From: Paragordius varius
Lineage: Eukaryota; Animalia; Nematomorpha
Length of the DNA stretch: 64,000 nt
Assembly (NCBI GenBank): GCA_964247055.1
Contig: OZ176052.1
Span: 806,001-870,000, forward strand
Reading direction: 5' to 3'
The notes under the pieces were generated by a model. That model did no database searches, was not told the origin of the DNA, and saw only the letters and a program-made list of their open reading frames with translations. The translations under genes and the position numbers were made by a program. Shown here piece after piece: positions 40,124 to 52,201 of the stretch (the stretch's first letter is position 1; each line of letters starts with the position of its first letter).

Positions 40124-41916
40124 TATAAAAATATTTTATAATTATTTATAACTGCACACATAAATTTTATTTTTGCTATTTACTAATAAATTTTTTATAT
40201 AATGATTTAAAAAATTGTGTACTTTATGCGTTGTTTAATTAATGCACAATGGTTTTATATTAAATATTTTATTTAAATAAAATTTACTGTTTTAAATTTT
40301 CAACTTTTTTCTCATATATTACTTTATTAAAAATATAAATCAAAACTATTTGACCATAAAACAATGGAACCGGAACTAAAACCATGTTTTTAGACAAAAA
40401 ATAATTTACGTGACGGGTTTTTTTCCTGTAATTACCTAATTTATACTTTCCAAGTGATACAAACATAATTACATCCAAAATTATTTTAGCAAAAATTTTA
40501 CTATTTATTAAAATTCACCATCCGACTATTAAAATTTACCCTCAAATATATTATATGTTTTTTAGGATTAAAATTACTTATATATTTTAATTTGTTTTAA
40601 AATTTAAAAATACTGAAAAAATAATAAACTATGCCATAAAGATATCTCATATTAATAATGAGTTATATTAGTTCAAAAACACATAATTTATTTTTAGGGT
40701 GAATTTGAATTGTTCAAGGGTGAATATGAACTGCAAATGGTATATATAGCCGTTTTTCTTTGTTGAAAAAAAATAGTCTATGACTAAAATTTGATTAGAG
40801 TATGGTAAAGTAAGCTATAGGCTTGGAAATTTCCAGGTTTAAGTTTAAATCCTAAAATTTTTAGATACATCTACATGGGCTGATGTAAATGGATAAGCGT
40901 TTTACACTGGAAAACCATATTAAAGGTCATAAATTATTGCCAAATAGCATAAAGGGTAGTATTATTGGTTTTTTCACTTTAAACTATTATTAGTAATAAT
41001 TTTCTTTGCTGCATATGCTATTTGGCAATAATTAATAACTTTCTAGCAATATATACTTAATCATACTGTATTACTTACATAGTATCATAAAATTTATTTA
41101 CATTTAATAAAGTGAAATTGGTTAATTTTATCACTTTTTATTTGTTATATGGTTAAAAGGCAATAATTTGATTGTGGTTAATTTATTCCAAGTTGCAGCG
41201 TAAAAATTATCATATAAATATGAATGGTTACGGCGCCCTAAATATCCGTTGATATTTTTGGTAAAAAACCTATGGACTACCTAATATTTTTTAGTAGCGT
41301 GAGGAAATTTTACACAGTATTGAAACAAATAAACATAAAACTAAAGACTAATATAATTATAAAAAACAATTTTAACCACATTATAATATAACGATTTGAA
41401 TGTATGTTACAGTATAAAAGAAATTATACTGACAAATCGTAAAAATATAAAGACAAATACTTTTTTTTAAAAAAGAGCCATACCTTTTTAAACCTTAATT
41501 TTTTCCATATAAGCTATTTAATTACTATTGCTATATATAGAATTGATTGTTTTGCCAATATACATATCAATATTGTAAATTGCAATTTTAAACAATGGTT
41601 ATATTTTAAAAAGTATGGTTTTCTTTTAAAAAAATATTTGTCTTTATATTTTTACATTTTGTCCGAATAATTCCAATTTTTACGGTAGAAACACACTGAA
41701 ATATCATTTTTTACAATCTAATTCATTTTAGTTAAAGAGAAAAAAGGATCAAATATTAAAAAATTATTTTCTTTTCAAAAAATGTATTTTCATTTAGTTT
41801 TTATGTTTTGTCCTTATAATTTTAATTTTTACTGATTATCGCTATTATACCATTTACACTTAAAATTCATCATCGAACAATTAAAATTCATCCAAAATAT
41901 ATTATGTGAAGATTCA

Positions 41917-42445
41917 CACTTGGATATAACACTCATTTTAGTCCTTCGATTCAAATTGGGGTAGATGGATACCCCAGGCCTCTTTAAAATCAAATACTTT
42001 AAAAAGTATGGAAGGAATCGAAACCATGGCAAAATTTCGCAGTTATATAACATTAAGAAACCGAAATATATAAAAAATTTTATTCCAAAATACTTGATAT
42101 TACTTATTTTGAGCTAAAACTGAAAGGTAAAAATTTAGTCAACGTGACATGTGTCAAATTGTAAAATTAAAAAAATAATACAAATAAGCTTTGGTTTTAC
42201 CCTCAAAATTAAATGAAGACGATATTTTTTGAAATTTTTGTAAAATAAAAATGGCGTCGAAGTAGTTTGAGATGTAACTTTTTTTTCAAAACAAATATTT
42301 ATCAAGATATTTTGGCATATTTATATAATATTTATCAGGATAGAAGCATAAATTTAAATTGGGACTGTTTCCTTCAGTAGTTTTTTAAAAATTTTAATTT
42401 AAATTTAGTCTGGGGTATTTAGGTACCTCAATTTGAATTGAAGTG
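41917..42445 (-). mobile_element. Non-autonomous TIR element family D (CACTT...AAGTG ends, 4-bp target), copy 1
   Basis: Inverted subterminal CTTCGATTCAAATTGGGGTA blocks; flanks TTCA / TTAA; reverse orientation relative to the copies at 46455 and 47083. Confidence 0.75.
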
Positions 42446-43279
42446 TTAAAAATTACTTATATTTTTTACATTTCGAAAGGAAATTATGTTAGAAATTAAA
42501 ATAATACTGCAAAATAAACAATGTTATAAAGATATATTTTATATTAATGATAATGAGTTATATTGGCCCCAAAACACAAAATTTATTTTAGGGTTATTTT
42601 TGTTTGAGGGTTTTTTTGAATTGTTTAGAGTGATATAAATTGTTCAAGGAATCTGAATTGTTAAGGGAGAATTCGAATTGTTCAAGGATGCATTTGAATT
42701 GTTAAGGGTAAATTCAAATTGTTCAAAGATTGAATTGTTCGAGGGTGAATTTGAATTCAAGGGAAAATTTGGATTGTTAAGGGTGGATTTGAATTGTTCC
42801 AAGGGTGAATTTGAATTGTTTAAGAATGAATTTAAATTGTTCAAGGGTGAAGGAAGTGTTAAGGATGGCGAAATGTCAAGGGTGAAATTGGATTGTTAAG
42901 GGGGAATTCGAAATGTCAAGGGTAAAATTGAATTCAAGGATGAATATGAATTGTTACGCTTGAATTTTAATTGTTTTCTAAGGTTGAATTTGTTCGAAAG
43001 TGAATTGAAGTTGCAAATGGTATATGTCAAAGCGAAATAATGGCGGTAAATATAAGTCAATTAAGCCTACAATCTGAAATTATTTAATATTAAAAAACGA
43101 ATAACTGCTTTCAAAATATAATTTAAGGGAAAATTTATAACCCCTTTGATTATTATAATCAATTGCAAAATATTTTTTACAGTAAAAATTTACAGTTTAT
43201 GGTTGAGTAAAAGTAACTTTTTTGATAACGTTAATTGTTAATTAATATAGAATATATATTTCTTTTATACTATTATCAT

Positions 43280-45115
43280 ATGTATTATTATACGACAAAA
43301 TCTAATGCACAAATTAACGCGACATCACGAATTCCATATTTTTTAGGTAAATTAATATTTATAATTTTATATGAACGCACATTTACAAAAATTAAAGACA
43401 AATATTTTTTACTAAAAACAAACCATACTTTTTTTTAAAATCAATTTTTTAAATTATAACTCATTGTTTTAAATGGCAATTTATAAAATTGACATTTATA
43501 TATTGGTGACACCATCAATTCTAAACATATATAAAAATTATAATTAAATAGCTTATATGGGAAAAATTAAGGTTTGAAAAAGTATGGATGTGTCTTTTAG
43601 AAAAATATATATGAGTCTTATATTTTTACCTTTTGTCCTTGCGTATAATTTCAATTTTTACTGTAATAAAAATCTATTAAAACATTAAATTCAAAATGAT
43701 AACCCCCCCCCCCCCCTAAATTTTTCAACTGTAAATTTTTTATATTTTTTTTTGTTCCGCAAAGATTTATCTCAAACACCCAGGCAACTGAACCTTGTTG
43801 GAACGTTAGAACTCTGGCTTCCCTTTGGGTTAGGTATGAGCTGTGTAACAATACTTGTATTTGCAATACTCTCCGTCTACATACTTATGAAACGGGGTCA
43901 AGCCATAGAAAAACTTGAAAAGCAATTGTTGGCTAGTAAAATTAATTTTATTTTATCATATTTTGCGTCGTTTTTTCAAAGTTTTTTTGAAAACAAACGT
44001 GTGTTTTTAATTTAAATGTCTTTTTTAAGGGGGACAGACAGAATAAGGACTTGATGTTAACAACATTAGAAAGCTTTTTAGAATTTCAAATCTTTCTTTG
44101 TGACCAACAAATACTACTGAGGAATTTAGATAGTCTGTTTGAGACTCATAAACCATTATTTATATTATTTCGCTAATATAGTTTGTCATATTATTAGAGG
44201 TGTTCAACACCCCACCCGGCTTATGAAAAAAAGTCAGACTTGATGTGTAGCCCGTAAGAATATGCTGACAAAATAATGATAAAATTGATATTTTCCAAAT
44301 AATTTTTTTATTTAAATTAGTCTATATATAAAGAACTGGGAAAAGTTTTATTGTGTAATTGCATTATACAGTATTTTATGTTTTTCCATCTGCAAATTAT
44401 TAATGAATGCCCATATATATATATATTTACATTAAAAATTGAAATTATATGGACAAAAGTTAAAAATATAAAGACAAATACTTTTTTTTAAAAAAAACCA
44501 TACTTTTTAAATCGTGATTTTTTTATATATTACACATATTGTTTTAAAGTCATAAGTATAGAATAGATATGTATATTGGTAACACAATCAATTATTTATT
44601 TTACTATTGTAATTAAATGTTTTTTATAGGATAAATTAGGGTTTAAAAAAGTATGGTTGTCTTTTGAAACAAAATTTTTCTTTATATTTTACATTTTGTG
44701 CGTATAATTTCAATTTTTACTGTATATATATATATATATATATTTAAAATTGTAAATTTTTTTGAGTTAAAAATGCGGCCTACAAAGCCATTTGTGATAT
44801 CATCCACACTGTATAAACAGTCGAACCTTTTTTCGTACAGTTTTTTCTAAACTGAAAAAAATGTTATTTGCATTATACCGCGATCAATAAAAGTTAAAAA
44901 GATATTTCATTTTTAAAAAAACAAATATAAAATAGGTTTGACTGTATAATTTATTTATTAAGTGTGATTAAATGATAGAAATTGAAAGTAAACGCCGAAT
45001 AGCTTCAACGACAAATTTAGCCCAGCATTTAAGGAATAATGAAGCTTATGCAAAATATATAGCAAAAAATGCCTATGTTCAATCGCCCCAAAATCAACAA
45101 TATGTTGAAAAGTAA
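43280..45115 (+). CDS. Candidate orphan single-pass membrane protein (~125 aa)
   Basis: join(43280..43346,43765..43935,44979..45115) has consistent phase-1 GT-AG junctions. The middle exon is GC-richer than its surroundings and encodes a hydrophobic stretch (LWLPFGLGMSCVTILVFAILSVYILM) followed by KR. No homology recognised; the start is uncertain. Confidence 0.35.
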
Positions 45116-46454
45116 AGCCAATTAACCGCATGTCAAAGAATTGCAATTTCTTGTAGCTTTTTTATACAAAAATAAATACTATCATTGGGGTTTGGATTGC
45201 ATTATTAATATATATACAGTAAAAATTGAATGTATACGGACAAAAGGCAAAAATATAAAGACAAATATTTCTATCTAAAAGACAACCCCATACTTTTTTA
45301 AACATCAGTTTTTCTTATATAAAATATTTAATTACGCCTGGAATAAATTGATTGTGTTACCAATATACATGTCTAATACAAACTTTGAAATTTTTGAACA
45401 ATGAGCAATAATTCAAAAAATTAAGGTTTAAAAAGTATGGTTGTTTTTAGAAAAAAAATTTTGTCTTTATATTTACGTTTCATCCGTATAATTCCAATTT
45501 TTACTGTAAATGCATCTACATATTGAATAAATAGTTGACCTCGAAGGGTATTTTTTATCAGGGAAATAAACTCTATTTAAACTTAAAGGGTATTTTTAAA
45601 TGTGGGCTTTATATATAAAGAAGATATACACCATTTACACCACAGATTCATTCTTGAATATTTTAAATTCACCGCCTAAAACATTTATGTGTTATATTTT
45701 TTAAGGTTTTTAAAAAATTTTGTTTAAAAATGTATAATAATACAGAAATGATAAACTACACCATAATTTAGAGTTAAATAAAACACATATTTTTAAGATG
45801 AATATGATGTGTTGGAGGGTGAATTCGAAGTGAGATTCATAAAAAATATCGATTCCGCTTAGCCATTCACGGTAAAAACTTGTCAATTAATACAACAAAT
45901 GCAAATTATTTTTTTTACTGAAAAATATTTTTGTTCAAAATTAGTACAATAAAAACTGGAATTATACTTTTTAAATCCTTAATTTAAAATCTAAAACTGA
46001 TTGTTTTAAATTCCAAAGTATAATAAGTGTAAATTGGTAACACAATCATTTATGTATTTTGCGATTGTATTTATATAATTTTTTAGGATAAATTAAGGTG
46101 AAATTATGGTTGTCTTTTGAAAAACATATTTGTCTTTATATTTTTACGTTTGGTCGGTATAATATAAATTTTTACTGTAATAAGATAATGAAATGTATAC
46201 CATTTGCTCTTTAAGTTGGTCATTGATTTTAACTTGGCTATTAATATTTTAAAGTTTTGATTACATAATTTTTGCTATTTATCAATTTTTTAATCTATTT
46301 TTCTCTAATTGTAACATTTACGCTTCGAATTCACCCTTGAACAATTCAAATTTACCCCTGAGCAATTCAAATTCACCCTTGAACAATTCAAATTGACACT
46401 AAAATAAATTGTGTTATTACCTTTATGTATTTTAAAAAATTAAATTTTGTTTAA

Positions 46455-47018
46455 CACTTTGATTCAAATTGGGGTATCTAAATACCCCAGACTTAATTTT
46501 AGTTAGGATTTTTAAAAACCTAGGAAACGGTCCCAATTTAAATTTATGCCACTATCCTAATAAAAATTATATAAATATGCCAAAATATCTCAATGAAATT
46601 TTGTTTTGAAAAAAAAAGTTCCATGTCAAACCACTTCGACGCCATTTTTATTTTGCAAATTTTTGCAAATAATCGTCTTCATTTAATTTTAAGGGTAAAT
46701 ATAAAGCTAATTTTCTATATTATATCTAACATTAATAGAAATAGAAAAAGCTGTTTAATTTGTATTATTACCATTGCACGCATGCCACGTTGACTATATT
46801 TTTACCTTTCGGTTTTAGGTCAAAATAAGTAATATCAAGTATTTTTGAATAAATTTTTTTATATATTTCGGTTTATTAATGTTATATAAGTGCAAGATTT
46901 TGCCATGTCTTTGATTCCTTTCAAATTTTTTTAAAAAATTGAATTTTAAATAGGCCTGGGGTATTTAACTACCCCAATTTGAATCGAAGGAATAAAATGA
47001 ATGTGTTGTATCCAAGTG
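46455..47018 (+). mobile_element. Family D element, copy 2, TTAA target duplication
   Basis: TTAA (46451-46454) CACTTTGATTCAAATTGGGG ... CCAAGTG TTAA (47019-47022). Absent at the paralogous position near 51850. Confidence 0.85.
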
Positions 47019-47082
47019 TTAAAATTAATATAATTAAAAAATAATAAACTATGCCATAAAAATATATATCCTATGAGACTAA

Positions 47083-47661
47083 CACTTCGATTCAAATTGG
47101 AGTATCTAAATACCCCAGACTAATTTTAAATTAATATTTTTAAAAAACTACTGAAGGAAACGGTCCCAATTTAAATTTATGCTTCTATCCTGATAAATAT
47201 TATATAAATATGCCAAAATATCTTGATAAAATTTTGTTTTAAAAAAAAGCTTCATCTCAAACTACTTACGCCATTTTTATTTTACAAAATTTTTGCAAAA
47301 TATCATCTTTATTTAATTTTAAGGGTAAAACTAGTGCTAATTTTTTATATAAATTACATCTAACATTGATAGAAATAGAAAAAGCGGTTTAGTTTGTATA
47401 ATTTTTCAATTTTACAATTTGACATATGTCACGTTGACGAAATTTTTACCTTTCGGTTTTAGCTTAAAATAAGTAATATCAAGTATTTTTGAATAAAATT
47501 TTTTATATATTTCGGTTTATTAATGTTAGATAAGTGCATAATTTTGCCATGGTTTCGATTCCCTCTATATTTTTTAAAGAAATTAATTATAAACAGGCCT
47601 GGGGTATCCAACTACCCCAATTTGAATCGAAAGACTAAAATGAGTGTGTTGTATCCAAGTG
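47083..47661 (+). mobile_element. Family D element, copy 3, CTAA target duplication
   Basis: CTAA (47079-47082) CACTTCGATTC ... CCAAGTG CTAA (47662-47665). The empty site ATGAGACTAAACAAACACAG is seen at 51905-51924. Confidence 0.9.
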
Positions 47662-49008
47662 CTAAACAAACACAGTTTATACTTTTTTTGTTTCTTGTTG
47701 TTCTTACATTTATTGTTTTAATCCATCAACTTTTATTAGCTCATATTTGCTTATTTTACTGGGGGCCTTGTTTTAGTTCGTGGTTTTAAACCGGTAAAAG
47801 TTGTATCTAATTTTACAGAATCCAATACTTAAAATTTATTACAAATTTATGTATAATAAATAAATTTTTCAATCCAAGTATTTTTGCACATTTGAGGCTA
47901 TTATGATGGGGATCCACTATGTATGATTTATAATTATATAGATATTTTTTTTTAATTACAATAAAATATTTCATAGAGTGATATTTTAACGTTATCAAAA
48001 CCGATATATTTTTTGAAAAGTCATTAAAATACTAAACAGGTTTGTAACTTAATAAGATAGAATATTGAACATGAAACAAATTGATGTATGTTTAAACAAC
48101 GCAATAAGTCCAAATTTAAAAGCCAAGGTTGAAATAAATAATTAATAAATTGCAACATTTTTTGTCAACTCTGATATAATTAGGTTAATTGACAATGGTG
48201 TACCCTAAGGCTGTATTAAATTATGTAAGATTCATTTTAAGCATGCACTTGAGAGATCTCAATTCAATAAAAAATATTTCAAAGGTGAGAACTTGGAATT
48301 TTAATAATACCGTCATGTATGTTTAGAATTGTCAAACATACGTTTATAATTGATTTTACTTTGTTTTTAAATGTTATGATGTTTGATATGTCAACTTTCA
48401 ACATGTGCATTTTTAAGCCTTAAATAGCTTATTTATTGTAAACAATTAAAAACAAAGTAAAATCAATTAAAAACGTATGTTTGACAATTATAAACATACA
48501 TGACTGTAATACGAATTTGAAAAATGTCATTTATCATTTCATTGGCAAACAATTTGGCTATTATTATAACCAGAAACACCACATTATAGTAATCAGTTTA
48601 TTTGGCTCAGATAATATAAACAAATATAGATGAAGTAAAAAAATTTAATGCCTTAACTTGCTTTTTTTATTCCAATATTAACAAAACAATGAAAGAAGCC
48701 TTCAAAACAGCAAAATGTATGATACGCTTTTTTCGTGTTGTGAAACATGTAAAATGTAAAATTATGATAAGTTACAAATATATCTCGTGTAATATATGCG
48801 CACTCTATATTTTAATAAAAAAATAAAAATGAGCGATTTTATGGGTCTTCCTAGTTAAATTAATTAAAATAAAACAATTTACATCGCATCGACCAATTAA
48901 TTTACAGTTTAAGAAATATTCTACCAAAAATAATTGCATAATTAAATTTAAAGCCTAACATAAAAGAAATTAACTTATATTTAAACACCGTTTCTTTGGA
49001 TGGCACTT

Positions 49009-49834
49009 TAAGCTTATGCTTTTAATAGCTGTCATAATATAATTTTTGTTATCAAAATTTTCAAATAAAATATCACAAGCGATAATAAAGGCTTCTTTAA
49101 ATATTTCACCATCTTGGAATGGCTTATTGTTCCGAATGAGTATTTCCTCTACCTTGAATGAAGCAATCGTAGCATTTTTATAGTCTTTGTTGTATTTAAG
49201 TATGCTATTTTGTGAGGCGCAGGATAATTGTTCTTTTAATTCCTTTACTTTAATGTTGCGTTCTTGAGTTTTTGTAAGGGGTAGTTTTTGGAGTAATGTG
49301 GATGCAGATATCTATAATGTCTTTCAATATTTGACTTTTTGGGCAAAGCAACAGTACTATTGCATATTAGACAGGTGCATGTTTCATTTATCATAATAAA
49401 AAAGTATTCATGCTCCCAATCTTTCTTGTATCTGTACAACTTTTTTTGGCTCATTCTAAAATATATAAGTTTTAAAAACCTACTTTTGGTGTATCAAATC
49501 AAATCTAACTTCACGATTATGCTTCTGATTTATGAAAAAGCTTTGTTCAAAGTTTTGATATATTCAAGGGAAATGACTGATTTTAAGTTTTAATGCAAAT
49601 GCTCCAAAACATATGAATTATAATTAATAAAATAATTTTTTTACACCCTTTTCTTAGACGTTTTTTTTTAATTAAACCGTATTTTTTTGTATTTTAAATT
49701 TAAATTCGCTCAGAAGTAGCCAACTATCCGAAAAAAATCAATAAAATTTTTTTTAAAAAAATATTTTCAGGCGGTCACTTTTTGAGTTGTCGCGGTCACG
49801 AAAGTGACCGCGGTCACCTCGTTGGCCACCCCTG
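49009..49834 (-). mobile_element. 5' fragment of a Buster/Charlie-type hAT transposon (GTF2IRD2-like transposase N-terminus)
   Basis: Terminus CAGGGGTGGCCAAC (49834-49821 on minus). ORF 49245-49454 YKKDWEHEYFF...CLICNSTVALPKKSNIERHY; after a frameshift, ATIASFKV..IRNNKPFQDGEIFKEAF...IKSISL. Truncated at about 49009; no second terminus. Confidence 0.85.
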
Positions 49835-52201
49835 GTATAAATAGTTGACCTCGAAGGGTATTATTTCTTATCAGAGAAAAAATCTATAACTTAGAGGGTA
49901 TTTTTATGCGTGGGCTTTTATGGAAGATATAACACCATTTACACCCTAGATTCATTCTTGAACATTTCGAATTCACCACCTTAATTATGGATTATATTTT
50001 TTTGTAAGGTTTTTAAAAAATAAATAATTATTTTTAAGAATGTATATCATAATACAGGAAAAATAATAAACTATACCATAATCTAGATTTAAATCAACCA
50101 CATATTTTAAAAGGTGAATTTGATTGTTGGAGGGTAAATTCCAACTGAGACTCGTAAAAAATATCGATTCCGCTTAATTATTCACGTTAAAAACTTGTCA
50201 ATTAATACAACAAATGCAAAAATATTATCTAGGTTACTAAAAAATATTTTTGTTAAAATTAGTACTATAAAAACTGGAAGTATACTATGGACAAAACGTA
50301 AAAATATAAAGACAAATCTTTTTTTCAAAAGACAACCAAACTTTTTTAGACCTTAATTTTTTTCATATCAATTATATAAGTATAACTGTAAAATAATAAT
50401 TGGTTTTACCGATATGAATATTAATTTAATGCTTTTAAGTTTAAAACAATTTATTATATTTAAATAAATCAAGATTTGAAAAGTACGGTTGTCTTTTAGA
50501 AAAAATATTGCCTATATATTTTTACGTTTTGTCCCTATAATTTCAATTTTTACTGTAAAATTGTAAATATACGGTCAAACCCAAAAATATAAAGACTAAA
50601 ATGTGTTTTCAAAAGACAAATAATTATACTCTTTTACATATTATTTATCCTATAAAAATCACTTAATTACAATCGTAAAATACATATTTGATTGTGTTAC
50701 CAATTTACATCTCGATTATATACTTTACAGTTTAAAGCAATCAGTTATATTTATAAATACGAGATTTAAAGCATATGGTTGCTTTTAGAAAAAAATATCT
50801 GTCTTAATATTTTTGTCCGTATAACCTCAAAATTTACACCCTCGCACAATTCAAATTCACCCTAAAAATTACCTATATTTTTTTATATTTAGCAAAAAAA
50901 TGAAATTTTGTTAAAAATCAAAATCATACTGAAAAATAAATAAACTAAGCCATAAAGATATATTTCATATTAATAATAATGAGTTATATTAGCTTGAAAA
51001 CACATACTTTTATTTTTAGGGTGAATTTGAATTGTTTAAGGGTAATTTGAAAAAATGTGAGGGTATGAATAGTAAATGGTATATATAAAATTAAAAATCA
51101 AAACAAACATTAGTTATTTTGTATAAAATTAAAGAATTTTTTGCCTCATTTTTATAATGTTTTTGGTATTTGGATTCTAAACCCTTACGGATGAAAAATA
51201 TTTTTAAGATTTCTATTTAAATTTTTCTTGGAGAAGTCAAAGTATGGAAGATAGTTAGTCATCTGAGGATCACATTATTAATTTGAATAAAATAATTAAA
51301 GAAAATAATGAAATTATACGGAAAAAAACATAAAAATATAAAGACAAATATCGTTTATAAAAGACAAACTATATTTAAATCCTTATCGTTTAAAATATAA
51401 CTGATTGTTTTAAACTACAAAGTAAAAAATAATGACGTAAATTGGTAACACAATCATTTAATGTATTTGATTGTATTTAAATAATTTTTTTTATTATAAA
51501 TAAAAATTGAAATTATGGTTATCTTGTGAAAAACGTGTTTGTCCTGTTTTTACGTTTGGTCCGTATAATATGAATTTTTAATGTAATTAAGATAATGAAA
51601 TCTATACCATTTGCACTTCAAGTTGGCAATTAATATTTTAAAGTTTTGATTACATAATTTTTGCTATTTGTGAATTTTTTAATCTATATCTCTAATTGTA
51701 ACATTTACGCTTCGAATACCCTTGAACAATTTAAATTTACCCTTACACAATTCTCACCCTCGAACAATTCAAATGACACTTAAATATATGTGTTTTTTTT
51801 AGATTTAAAATTACCTTTTTATTTTTAATATTTTTAAAAAATAAAATATTGTTTTAAATTAAATATAAAAAAAGAATAAACTATGCCATAAAAATATATT
51901 TCTTATGAGACTAAACAAACACAGTTTATACTTTTTTTGGTTGTTTGTTGTTGTTCTGTCTACATTTATTGTTTAATATTAAACATCTATTAACTTATTA
52001 GCTCATATTGGCTTTTTTTATTAGGGGCCTTGTTTTAGTTCGTGGTTTTTTAACTGCAAAGTTGTATCAAATTTTACAAAATCCAAATTATATGCGGGCA
52101 TTTGAGTTAAATAATCCATATTTTCTACTCAAAATTTATTACAAATATATGTATATAATAAATTTTTCAATCCAAGTATTTTTGCCCATTTAAGGCTATT
52201 A

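Larger units (their letters stand above)
45527..49008 (+). repeat. Segmental duplicate, copy A, of the U1 upstream region (U1 body absent)
   Basis: Collinear with 49836-58194 (for example ATAAATAGTTGACCTCGAAGGGTA at both starts, and ATATTTAAACACC....GGCACTT at both ends) once nested insertions are removed. Confidence 0.85.

Noticed and set aside
40802-41350. Candidate micro-gene with a 28-nt GT-AG segment (40837-40864)
   Set aside because: It would need a 16-nt first intron, and the next candidate exon at 41199 has stops in all three frames; no coherent protein.
44230-44280. C/D-box-like TGATGT...CTGA motif
   Set aside because: Too short, imperfect C box, no terminal stem or recognisable rRNA guide.
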